This document shows, piece after piece, positions 25,391 through 37,739 of a stretch of DNA of 64,000 bases. Numbering within the stretch: the stretch's first letter is position 1; every line of letters begins with the position of its first letter. Source of the DNA: Lama guanicoe (lineage: Eukaryota). The position numbers were made by a program, and so were the translations under genes. Under the pieces are notes generated by a model. The model had not been told where the DNA came from. It made no database searches and saw only the letters and a list, made by a program, of their open reading frames with translations. The stretch is from contig MU054117.1 in assembly GCA_013239625.1 (NCBI GenBank), positions 1,486,011 through 1,550,010 of the forward strand, given 5' to 3'.

Positions 25391-27392
25391 AGGAGATGGA
25401 CGAAGAACAATACACAGAACATGTGTGTGACGTTCTGCACCGAAAAGCTTACACACGTATTCTTGTCTCATCCTCCCAACAGGGGAGCTGTGACGGGGGA
25501 AGCTGCACTCTGGAAGAAATTTTTAAAAGCAAATTTTTAGCTAAACCATTTGTACAAATGAACCTCTCGTATCATTCAGTATGTCTGGAAATTTGTCTGT
25601 TTGGGGCTTGTTCTCATTTGGGGGGTAGGAACAGGAAAACATGGGAGACTGGACACCAAGGTAGGAAAGTGTTTTGTTGGCGGGGACTGACATAACTTAA
25701 TGGATCAGGACCAACATTTTTTATTTCCTTTACGAAAGGGGAGAAGATAGTTCAAAGTCTATTTCATGAAGTCAGGGTAAGTACACCCAGTGAAAATTTT
25801 GTTTCAGCTGTGTCCTCTAAGGATGTATACCACATGTACACAGAGATTAACACATACACTGTGTCACATGTGAAGTATGTTACATATTATGTATCACAGT
25901 CTAAAAATTCAGCCACTGATTACAATAGAGCCATCAGGATATGAAAGCCACCACCAAGAGGTTGCAAGGGTTAAACAAGGTTTCAGATACAAAGTGGCTG
26001 ATAAACGTGGCCGTTCTATTTTTACAAACTATGATTATTCCAGGATAACGAGGTATTGATTCTAACTTCTAAACTCCAGGCACAGTTATTAAAACCTTTT
26101 TAAAAAAATGTGTATCTAGACATGCATTACTTTCTAACAGTCTTTGGGTTCTAACCAATATACTTGTGACCTGCCAAAATCCACCGACATCACTAATGCA
26201 TATCCTGTCACCCCGCAATTCTCTGTTCGGTAATTTACCCAGAAATACACTTCACATATGAATAAACTAAATACGCACAACACTGCAGACTGTAACATCA
26301 TTTTACGTAAAAGCAAACGTTTTAAGCAAACTGTCCATCAGTGGAAACCCGGTAGGTAAACCGCAGCACATCCACCCAGCGCAGCTGGCGGTAACGGTGA
26401 GGAGCCCCGGAAGGAGTTTCAAAATATGCTAATGGAAAAAAGGAAGGAAAAGGCAACGAGGAATGGTAAGTGTGTGTCGAAAGAAACTTCTGCTCTGTGT
26501 GGATTACACATAAAATGTTTCTGAAAGAACACAAGAAGGGGTAAAGAGAGAAAGAATACATACTCGCTTGTACGTGTGTAAACTGTGGCTAGAAGAACAT
26601 GTAAGAAACAGGCAAGGGGAAGTGAGCAGTTGGGGGGAAGGTGAGAAGGACGTGCCTAGAACGTTTTAAAACAAATCAGCGTCCACTAACAGGACACCGT
26701 CGCCACCTGCTGTTCACAGGAATCGATTTTTTATGTTTACCTACAGAAAGCAAACGAAAACCAAACAAAGAAAATAGAGAACAAATACTGAACACGGGCC
26801 TCTGCGCATGAAAGAAAGGCTGAATCTGAGGTTCAGTGAAGAGAGCTTCATTCCTTGGCTATTGTTGGAGGTTAAAAATCAGCTGGGAAATGTCAGGTAG
26901 TCCTACCTCGTCACCTCAGTGGAGCCAAGGTCTCCTGTAGCACTCTTTACTTAAGCTCGAGGGTGGGGGGGACAGTTTCCAGTGCTTTCCTTATTTGCCG
27001 CAGAGTGAGCCTCCTTCCCGTGATGATGAAGGTGAAGAGGAAAGAAAGCCCTCCCTGATTCACGTTCATCACGTGTCCCTACAGCAGCATGCGTTGCTGT
27101 TCGGAATCGGAGTCGTACTGACCAGGCAGACGGAGCCGCAGCCACCCGAGCCCGTGCCCGACACTAGTCCCCACACGGGCACCAGATGCGGCCACTTGCG
27201 AGGCACTTCTCAGAAACAGGAGCACGGAAAACACTGCTGAAGACACTAAGTAGTGCTTACTTCGAAACTTTAAAACCTGCGTGTGCAGAGCAGTTTTAAC
27301 AGAGTCTGCACTGCCTGCAGAACACACAGGGAGGGAGAGGGCAGCGGGGACAGCCCTGAGGCCCGGCCGGAGCGCCCGGCCCCTGCGCTCAC

Positions 27393-27560
27393 CTTCTTCT
27401 GAAGCACGTTCACTTTCCGCTCCTTCACGTCCAGCATGTCCTTGAGGTCGTGGATCTCTCCAGCTTGGGTCCCCTTCTCCTCGGCCATGTCCTGGATTTG
27501 TTTCGTCTTCTTGTTCAGCATGGTTTCCTTCTCTTCCAAACGCAATCGCAGGGCGTCCAC
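27393..27560 (-). CDS. ERC1: ERC1 exon (~8), 168 nt, VDALRLRLEE...VNVLQKK
   Basis: Within ORF 27270-27707; CTCAG acceptor, GTGAGC donor. Confidence 0.96.
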
Positions 27561-27871
27561 CTGAGGATGTAAGGTTTTCCACAGGATTAGCTGAAAAGAA
27601 AGGAACGTAACTCCTTCCAAACAGACGTGCACAGCTGCCCGAATGACACGTTTAGAGTAAACTTTCATTAGAATCAAACAAAATGCCACTCTAAACACAA
27701 TCCGCAAAACTTAGAAATTAAACCCTAAAATTTTGTGAGCATTTTCATAAAAACATTTATAGCAGATCAATGCACAGTGGTATCAAGAAAAATAGATCTG
27801 AAAAAAAGGGGACAAACAGAATTATTACAAAGAGGTTGAGCTTTGCTACTTCTATGAAAGTATTATAATCT

Positions 27872-28005
27872 ACTATGTTTCTCAAAGTTTATGTGCGTTA
27901 GAATCATTGGAAGGGTTTAAACAATGCCAGGCCACCAGAGTCTCTAACTCAGCGAGGCTGGGGCTTAAGAATTAGTATTTTTAACAAGTACCCAAGTGAT
28001 GCTCC
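27872..28005. mobile_element. MER5-like hAT-Charlie fossil
   Basis: gtttctcaaagt...ttagaatca...gtatttttaacaagtacccaagtgatgct. Confidence 0.55.
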
Positions 28006-28284
28006 ATTGCTTCGGAATATCTAAAATTAAAAACAAACAAACAAACACACACAACCCGTAAGCATCACCAAACACGACACCTGCTGTATCAGGTAACACG
28101 ATCCGGCTGCGGCTGACAAGCCCAGCACACACTCAGAGATCCGTAAGGCGCAGCTAAGCCTACTTTCAAATGCCAAGACGAGGCAGCTGACGTCTGGTAT
28201 CCAGTACCTTTATCACCAAAGTTTAACAGCGTTCGTTAGGTGGTATGACTTTATAAATAATTAGAAATCTAACCGATAGTACTT

Positions 28285-29365
28285 ATTTTCATGTTTCCTT
28301 CCAGTCTTGAGACATAACTGACACATGGCCCTGTATAAATTTAAGGTGCACAGCGCAATGATTTGACTCACATACATCATGCAATGATTATCGCAGTAAG
28401 TTTCGTGAACACCCATCATTTCATACGGATACAAAATTAAAGAAATAGAAAACAATTTCTCCTTGTGATGAGAACTCTTGGGATTTGCTCTCTCAACAGC
28501 TTTTGTACCTGGCACACAGCAGCGTTAGTTACACTCATCACGAGGGACATGACATCCCTAGTCCTTCCTTATCTTACATCTGGGAAGCCTGTCCCTTTGA
28601 CCACCTTCATCCGGCTTCCCCTCCCCCGACCTCCCATCTCCGGGACCACAAAGCCCCTCCCTTGACGCGTCTATTTAGTTACTAGGAGTTTGCGTCTCAA
28701 TCTCCCTTGTCTATCTCTTTCCTCTCCCCACCCTCCTCACCTCTGGCAGCCACCTGTTTGTTCTCTGAATCTATAGCTCCGCTTCGGTTTGGTTATGTCT
28801 GTTCATTTGCTTTGTTTTTTAGGTTCCACATATAAGTGAAATCATGCAGAGTGTGGCTTATTTCCCTTAGCAGAATGTCCTCAAGGCCCACCCACGCTGT
28901 CACAAGAAGCAGGATTTCCTCCTTCCTTACGGCTGAATAGTAATCGCACCCCCACACTCTATCCACTCACCCACTGACGGGCACTGAGGGTGTTTCCGTA
29001 TCTCGGCAACTGCAAACGACGCTGCAGTGAACAGGGGTGCATGTATCTTTTCTAAGCGGTGTTTTTGTTTTCCTCTGATAAATGCCTAGGAGTGCACTGC
29101 TGGGTCACACGGCGGTTTAATTTTTTAAGGAATCTCCATGCAGCTTTCCGCAGTGGCTGCACCAACTCACACTCCTACCGCCAGTGGGCAAGGGGTCCGT
29201 TTTCTCCAGACTCGCCAACACCATTATTTGCTGTCTTCTGGGCGACAGCCGCACTGACGTGTGAGCGGGGATACCTCGCTGCACTTCTGATTTGCATTTT
29301 CCTGACGACTAGTGATGCTGAGCATCTTCTCATGTGCCTGTTGGCCATCTGTGTATCTTCTTGGG
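28285..29365 (-). mobile_element. L1 3' ~1.1 kb (end of ORF2 plus 3'UTR)
   Basis: Antisense L1 motifs (gatttgcattttcctgacgactagtgatgctgagcatcttctcatgtgcctgttggccatctgtgtatcttctt). Confidence 0.88.
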
Positions 29366-32300
29366 AAGAAGAAAGGGATTACAAACAGGTACACGGGAAC
29401 TCTGGGGACAGTGGTCTTCATCTTGACTGTGGTGTTGGTTTCAGAGGTGTATGTGTCAAAATTTAACAAATCGTACCTATTAAATATATGCAGTTTATCT
29501 GATGTCAATAAATTTGATTTTTTTAAATAAGCAAAATTAGAAAGCGTGGGACTGGAACAGGAATAAACCAACAGACGTTTCCCAGCAGAAACAGGAGCCC
29601 AGACACACACTCACCCACACACACACACACACCCCCACACCCAGAGGGGACGCTGCGGTCAGTGAGGCAAGGGCAGGGATTCAATAGATTGTTTTTAGAC
29701 AGCTGGCAGCCCACATGGAGGGAGGGAGGAAGATCCCTAACTCATATCACAGAGAAAAATGAATTCCGGGTGAACTAAAGATTTACGTGTGAAAAGCAAA
29801 CCTTTAAAACTTTTAGAAAGAAAGCTACTTTTAGTATCTTCAAAGTATCTTTTAAGACACTGAGGCAAGGAAGAACTTTTTTAGAAGACCCAAAGAGGAT
29901 ACATCACAAAGAAACAATAATGGTGAATCCAACTGTATTAAAATGTAAAACTTCTGGACATCATTATAGCATTTTACAGTGTTTTAGTATTTCACCTGTA
30001 TTTTTGTGAAGTCTAGTGTTCTTCCCACTAACACTGTACAGAATGGAAACTTGACACATGTAAAGACAGCCAGCCTACTTAAAATTTTCCTCAAAGATGA
30101 GGAACAAGAAAAGATGACTCAGCAGCAATGAAGATGTGTTTTACGGACAAAACGGAACTACAGTTAACTCAAGCCCAGCGAGTCTTAGGGTTGTTACATT
30201 AAAATTTCCAGCTTCGGTGCCTAAATTCGGCACAAAGAGCTCAGAGCGAGAATTAAAATCCAATGCAGAACAAAGACGAATTACACGACTGCCACTGAGC
30301 TCCCCAACCGTCCTTTCTGAAGTGCAAGATGACAAAATTCTTCAAGTTTCCCCTGGATTTCCTTCATCTGCCTATTAAAATCGGAAACACTCCACCATGC
30401 AGATAAGAAAAAAAAAGGTCCTGAAGAGAAGTATCAGAACAGACTGAATATTGATCCAACAGAGAGAAAAGAACTGTCACCACAGAGGGAAGGCCCTTGA
30501 GGAACAGGAAACTCAGCAACCAGGCATCTTGAGATGCCAGAGGGACCCACGGACCCCTGCCCTCTGGGCTTCGCTGAGGCTCAGGGCAAGCCGGCCTCCG
30601 TGGGTCTGGTCCTATTCGACAGCATCACACGTGGTTCCTGTCGGGGAACCCACACAGGGCGTCAGCAGGACCAGCCAACGGGGCGCTCGCTGCAGCCCTG
30701 GCCGGCTACAGTTCAGGAGGGCACGGTCTCAGGAGAGCACACACGCCAGAAACCTAAAAATAAGTAAATCACATACTCGTGTCCACCCCTTCCCTACACA
30801 ACTTGTAGTTTGTATTCTGCAGGTTCCACCCCTAACACGGGTACTGTACAGTCCCCAAACCACAAGCATAAAAGCAACAACTCACCTAAAAGCCATTTTA
30901 CCCAGTATCCCAAAATACAGTATTAAATTCTTATTATTAAGGCCAAAAGCCCAGACATTCAAAGCTGCAGGCAAGTCCTAACTGCCTTGTTCTCAGCATT
31001 AATTTCCAAAAAGTGAAAGGTTTCATCTGAGGGTCAGGAACCAGAAACACCCCTCTTCACCTCTACACACTTCTCATCCGAGGGGACCAGCATCTCACAG
31101 GGTAGGAACCGCGAGGCGTCACCCTGCTGCTTCTTCACCGCAGGTCCCCAGACGCAGGTCCCCGGCCGCACCTTTACATTAGCTCCGACTCCCTCACGTG
31201 ACCTGGAAGTGAGCCTGCGGCAACCAGGCGTAAGCTCCTGCCTGCGTCGTGAGGGAACGCCAGACCCACAGGAATGGGTGACTGAGAAGGTAAAGAATGA
31301 AAACTCTTGTTACAGACGTCCAAACCTTTGGGGTAAGAGCAGCTGGAAATGCAGGCTTTGATATTAAAAATATTTCAAGTCAGAAATATTAGGCACAGAA
31401 ACTACCCAAGTCCGCAGTCTAATTGCTAAACGCTCTTTTCTTTACTAAGTATTCAGTTCAAATCACCTGTGTACACTTTTTCTTGGTCTGCTTTTCCGTG
31501 CAATGCAGAACTTAAACGTGTGGGATCTGAGATAAAAACCACCACAGAAACCACTTTGCTCCTACGAGATTAATGGCTCCGAATTCTACGCTGCTCTTTT
31601 GGTTTGGAGTGAACTAAATCCACAGTATAATTTTGCGTGAGGTCCATATTTTGCAAACCACAAAAACATATCCAGGAAAACCCCTCGGAGACCAGCAGGA
31701 CACACAGGCATCCCCCGCATGCCGCTCCTGGTGGGAGGAATAGGACCCCGTTTATTCACATGCACTGACCTGGAGGCCCGGCGTCCACCCAGCTGGCCGA
31801 GCACCAGGGCTGCGGCACACAGGTTATGCCAACTTCAACAGAAAGAGTTGGTTTTTATCTAAAGACTTTCTCTTCCAATGGACTCTTACTTCTGTTTTGG
31901 CCTCTTACTTCTGATCACAAAACTATTCATTTTCTCGACCCATCTTAACCTGCTTTTGTTTTACATCAAAAAAACAGATCTAAGCGCGCACCTGCAGCCG
32001 TAACTGCGTGGGCGCAACGGCGTGCTTCCTACGCCTCCCCTCCTGGGATGACCCGACTCACTCCCTTTCTAACCCTGACCACAGCTAGCCTTCTCCACGG
32101 GATCCTCTGTCATCTCCCTGTCTTCACTCCTCACTCTGTACAACCTCCTCTGGAGAAGACAATTCAATCCTAAGGCTTCCCCCCACCTCCCATGACGGCA
32201 GCTTCCTAATGTTTATTCCCATCCCCAACCAGTTTTAAAAACCTGAGATTCTAACAAAATTGTCTGCTTAAACCAATACCTGCCATTGAATTTCGTTTAG

Positions 32301-33644
32301 AATGAGTTTTGCTTTTGTAAGCATCTTTTCTTTTAAGGGATCTTCAAAAATCACCTAACATGGCCAACATTAATGTAAGTTAAACGCGGGTGCTGCCTAC
32401 TGTATTATTTTCTGCATTCTGCCTGTATTTGGCAGTCTTTCGTAAGTTTTCCAAAAATCAAATAATCTAATCCACTCCTAAGTTTAAAGCTGAGGGAATC
32501 AAAGCCCAACCTGAGTGACTCGCCCAAGATCACTAAGTATAGTTTCCTGACCCTTATCGCCCATCACTCCCTTCCGGAAGGGAGGCCGAATGAAGGGCAC
32601 CGGGTCGCGAGACTGACAGCACACACGAACCAACCTTTCATAAAAGGCTGTTGCAACAAACCGCACAACAGTTCTGCTTGACACCTCATCCAACAAAAAG
32701 TGAGAGAGCTCAGAGAAACACGGGGAGGGCCAGGGCAGAGAGGAGGCAGTCCACAGTCCACCATCTGCCTGTACAAAGTCGGGGGTGGGGACAAATTTAA
32801 AATCTGGAAAAAAATGGCGATGTGGTCTCCACCCACTTTCTCCTGAAAATCCACGGCAGACACAGAAGACGGTGAACCTCGGTTTGCTTTCGCTTTGCTT
32901 TCTACTCTACTGACTTCTGACAGTATCTAGCCTGCTCCATCTCTGGATTTAACTCAGTTGCTTTTTTCCTAGTTTCCTGATTTGAATGTTTAGCATATTT
33001 GCGCGCTCTCGCTCGCTCGCGCTCTCTCATTTTCTGATAAGCACCTCAAACCTAGACAGCTTTCATGGTCCCTCACTTCTGAATTTTTCTATTTCTCCTT
33101 TAACCCAAGGCTCATTCAATAGTACATTTTCAGATTCCAAACTTATTTCGGTTTTGTGCTGTGATTCCTTAACAGTGATTTCTCATGTTGCTGCATCAGA
33201 GGTCAGAGAACATGTTCCATGTGACCTTCGTTTCTGGGAATTCTGAAGTTCCCTCTGTGATCTAATACATGGTTGATTCTTATGACTGTTCAATAAGTTC
33301 TTGACTATATTGCTTATTCTCTACTTGTTAAAGCAAGATTCTATATACATATCTATTACTTTGAGCTTAAATATTATTGAAATTTTTTAAATTGCTGTTT
33401 ACCTTTGATAAAATTCTGAAAGGCGTATATTCAAATGATCATTTGCAGTTATTGACTTAATGTTCACAATCATTCAATTTTCTTGATCTATAGTTTCTTT
33501 CATCAGTATGTAACACTGGTCTGTGTTCTTTGCAACTGCTTTAAAAGATAAATTAGTGTTAACATAAAACAGACTGTGGGGGACACTTCCCTGATATATA
33601 TTTTATTTTACATTTAAATATTTTTCTGTCCTTTTATTTTTAAT

Positions 33645-34345
33645 TTTGCTGTTTTTCTTTGTTTTATTTTTTAAACATTTTTTATTGATTTATAATCATT
33701 TTACAATCTTATGTCAAATTCCAGTGTAGAGCACAATTTTTCAATTATACATGAACATATATATATTCATTGTCACATTTGTTTCTCTGTGAGCTACCAT
33801 AAGATCTTGTATATATTTCCCTGTGCTATACAGTCTTGTTTGTCTAGTCTATAATTTTGAAATCCCAGTCTATCCCTTCCCACCCCTGACCCCTTGGCAA
33901 CCACAAGTTTATATTCTATGTCTATGAGTCTATTTCTGTTTTGTGTTTATGCTTTGTTTGTTTTGTTTGTTTGTTTCTTTGTTTTTCAGATTCCACGTAA
34001 GAGCAATCTCACATGGTATTTTTCTTTCTCTTTCTGGCTTACTTTGCTTAGAATGGCATTCTCCAGGAGCATCCATGTTTCTGCAAATGGCGTTACATTG
34101 TTGGTTTTTATGACTGAATAGTACTCCATTGTACAAATACACCACATCTTTACCCAGTCATCTATTGATGGACATTTAGGCTGTTTTCATGTCTTGGCTA
34201 TTGTAAATAGTGCTGCTATGAACACTGGGGTGCAGGTGTCATCCTGAAGGAGGGTTCCTTCTGGGTATATGCCCAGGAGTGGGATTGCTGGGTCATACGG
34301 TAAGTCTATTCCTGGTCTTTTGCGGAATCTCCATACTGTTTTCCG
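33645..34345 (-). mobile_element. Young lineage-specific L1 3' end
   Basis: T-rich tail and well-preserved 3'UTR; 34252-34310 is reverse-complementary to about 37136-37194. Confidence 0.9.
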
Positions 34346-35429
34346 CTCTTTGTCTTATGCTTAATTCTTGTTGACAATGCATATCTGTGTCTTAATTTTT
34401 TAGCCTGAGGTTTGCATCTTGACCCAAGTTTAATTCATCTGCATTTGTTGCCCTTCCCCTCCTTCACTCACTTCAGTCAACTTCTTTCATGCGTCTACAT
34501 GCCCCCCTCCAGCACCACTCTTTTCTGTTCTCCACCGGGTACGCTGGGTCTTAAACTGATCGTCTGAACGCACACACTGCGTTTTCACCTGCCTAGTGTA
34601 CTGACAGCCACACTCAGACTCAGATGTTCCTGTCATTTTCTTGAGCTTATCCTTATCTACATCCTCCCCCAGAAGTCACTGCTCTGTCACCACCTGGAGT
34701 GGGCGAAGTGGTGGTGGCAGGAAGCAAGGCCCCAGATCAGACAGCCCACTTGATAACCGGCACCTCTGCTCTGCCAGAGATCCTTTTCTAAAGCTCTCCT
34801 CTGGCGCAGGTATGGCAGGCATGCAGAGAGAGAGGAAGGGCAGTCAGGAGCTGGTCAGGCCCCTTCAAAAGCTGGCCTGAACAGCAACCCACGTCACCCT
34901 GCGGCGCCTGCCACCCTAGCGCTGAGCACGGCTCCCGTGCGACGGGGCAGTGGTCCACCTGCCACACCTGACAGACATGTCCCAACCATCCCACAGCACC
35001 CCGTCCACTTCTACTCTGAGCAGCTGCTTCTTTCTACATTACACACACCTGTCCCCATCATTCTGTACAATGTTATGCCTGTTTATCCCTCAGCTTCCCT
35101 CACTCTGTCTTATCTCCGGGGTGGGATGTGGGAGAGGGACCCCCTGGCCCTTCTGTTTCACTCACCCCTGTCACCAGCACACGAAGAGTCCTTAGCAGGC
35201 AGCCACCAGTGACTGCTGAATGAAGGCCTCAGTCAGCGAACCTCGTCTTCTTCCACAACCTCACGTCACAAGGGCACGCCTCTCTCCTTCTGAGGCTGCA
35301 CAGTCCCTAAATCCTCGGCTACGTCCTTCCTCATCTCTGCTGACGTGATCGTTTCCTTTCCTCCCAACCTACCCATCCAGCAAGAGTCATGGTCTCCTTG
35401 ACTCATCCAAACTTGCAGAGTCAGAAAAG

Positions 35430-35810
35430 ACGGGTTTTGGTCTCAAAACAGATGCCAAGCAGTTGCTGGGCCTCCAGCAAGTCACCTACCCTCCCCGTAC
35501 CTCAGATTCCTCACAGGGAGGTACTACCACTTTATGATCAAGAGCAGAGATTTCGGAGTTTTAACTGATCAGGGTCTGAATCCCAGGTCACCAGGCAGTA
35601 AGTCATGAGAACGCGAACCCTCTGAGCTTCCGCGTTCCGTGCGCCCCCTATGAAAAGTTAGTGCACCCCATTATGCTACGTTAATGTGCCCCGCTATGAA
35701 ATGTTACAGCAATCCTTATTTCTTAGGTTACTGTGAGGACTAGCTGAGAAAATAAATGAAGTCTGTGTACCCTGCATGGCACACAGGAAGCATTCAACAT
35801 TAGATACTAT
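35430..35810. mobile_element. MIR fragments
   Basis: Core motifs gggtctgaatcccagg, ctctgagcttcc, ggttactgtgaggactagctgagaaaata. Confidence 0.55.
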
Positions 35811-37049
35811 CGCCTATTTCAGTTAATTATGGGAAGACCAGATGAGCTCTGAAACGTACGCTGGGCTAGAAGTGCACCGCTAACTCTGAGCATGCCGAGG
35901 AAGTCAGCTTCAGCTTGACGGGGACAGCGTCTCGGGCACTGGGTGGGAAGGTGCGTGTCCAGCAATGTCTGAGCTCCAGCCAGCTCTCCACTCTGCACTG
36001 GCTGCTGATCCCCTGACTCAGCTCTGAAAGAAGAACCACGTCCTCTGTCACTGAGATATGGGTGATCATGTCCACCTATAATAAACAGAACGCCGAAACT
36101 CAGCATCCTGGGGAAGTAAGGAAAAAACGGTCCTACACTGAGGCTGTAAGGTTTCCATTATTTTAATTTACTGATAAAAACATACTTTATTTTTTTGCTC
36201 CATACACTGAGAACTCATCCAGAAAATAAATTCAATGAGAGGTCCACAGTCCGTCATCAAGATTTAGGAACAAGAAAGTGGGCATAAAAGTTTTAAATTC
36301 CTGAAAATACTGTAACCAACACTGAAAGTCACTAGTTACTAGTGAGACTGGCCTCTAGTGCCAATCAAAAGTAATGTGGTAATTAAAGTGTACGTAATTC
36401 TCAACATAAAAAGCAAGACCACAATATTTACCTTGCCTAACCCATACCATTATTCTGAGGATCAAATAAAACAACAGAGATCAAATGAAATAAAAGTGCT
36501 TATAAACTGTGAGGTATTTTTTTGTTAAATTTTAACCCACTGATATTTAATGCTTCCCTCCAAATTCGGATGAGAGCTTCATAAACAAACATCCATTCCA
36601 GCCTTGGCAAGTTGGTATATTAGCATCCTCACTGACATGAGAAAATGGCTCATCCAAGGTCATGTAACTAATAAATGTCGAAGGTTGAGTTTCAAGCCTA
36701 CGTCTGACTCCAAAGCCCGTGTTTTGACCACCAAGCTGCCAAATCCAGACCACCTCTGTGAAGGTCAGCAGATCAAAGGAGATGCTCATGAAGCAGCAGC
36801 AGCTCCACAGAGACTGGATGCAGAACGCCGCCCAGCACAGAAGGACCGCATCCCCTGGACTCTGGGCAGGAAGAATGTCAGGTCTTTTCCCACATCCTGT
36901 TCTCCCTTAAAGAACTTTAAAATTAAAAAAAAAAAACAAAACTCCTTGATTCATGTTCTTTTTCATGAGTCCTTAATTTAGTGTTTGAGAGACAGAGAAA
37001 AGTCTAGAAAAGCTGCAGAGAGGAGAAGAAGATCGATTAAGAGCAAATT

Positions 37050-37739
37050 AAAAGGGAGCCTCCTCCACTGCTGGTGGGGTTGTAGTCTGGTGCAGCCATT
37101 ATAGAAAACAGTACAGAGATTCCTCAAAAACTAAAAATAGACTTACCGTATGATCCAGCGATCCCACTTCTGGGCATACATCCAAAGGGAACTCTAATTC
37201 GGAAAGATACATGCACCCCAATGTTCAGAGCAGCACTCTTGGCAATAGTTAAGACATGGAAACAACCTAAATGTCCATCGACAGATGACTGGATAAAGAA
37301 TAAAACAATGCCATTTGTAGCAACATGGATGGACCTAGAGACCGTCATTCTAAGTGAAGTAAGCTAGAAAAATACTGTATGATATCACTCATATGTGGAA
37401 TCCAGAAGAAGAAAAAAAAAAGACACTAGTGAACTTATCTACAAAACAGAAACAGACTCACAGACATAGTAAACGATCTTACGGTTACCGGGGAAAGCAC
37501 GTGGGAAGGGAGAAATTTGGGAGTTTGAGATTTACTAATGTTAGCCACTATCTATAAAAAGATTTTTAAAAAGCTTCTTCTGTACAGCACAGGGAACTAT
37601 GTTCAATATCTTGTAATAACCTTTAATGAAAAAAAAATTAAAATGAATACACGTATGTACATGCATGACTGGGACATTGTGCTGCTGTACACCAGAAACT
37701 GACACATTGTAACTGACAGTACCTCAATTAAAAAATAAA
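37050..37739 (+). mobile_element. Young L1 3' end with TSD
   Basis: Typical ORF2-end/3'UTR and A tail; TSD aagagcaaa(t/c)t at 37039-37049 and 37740-37750. Confidence 0.92.
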
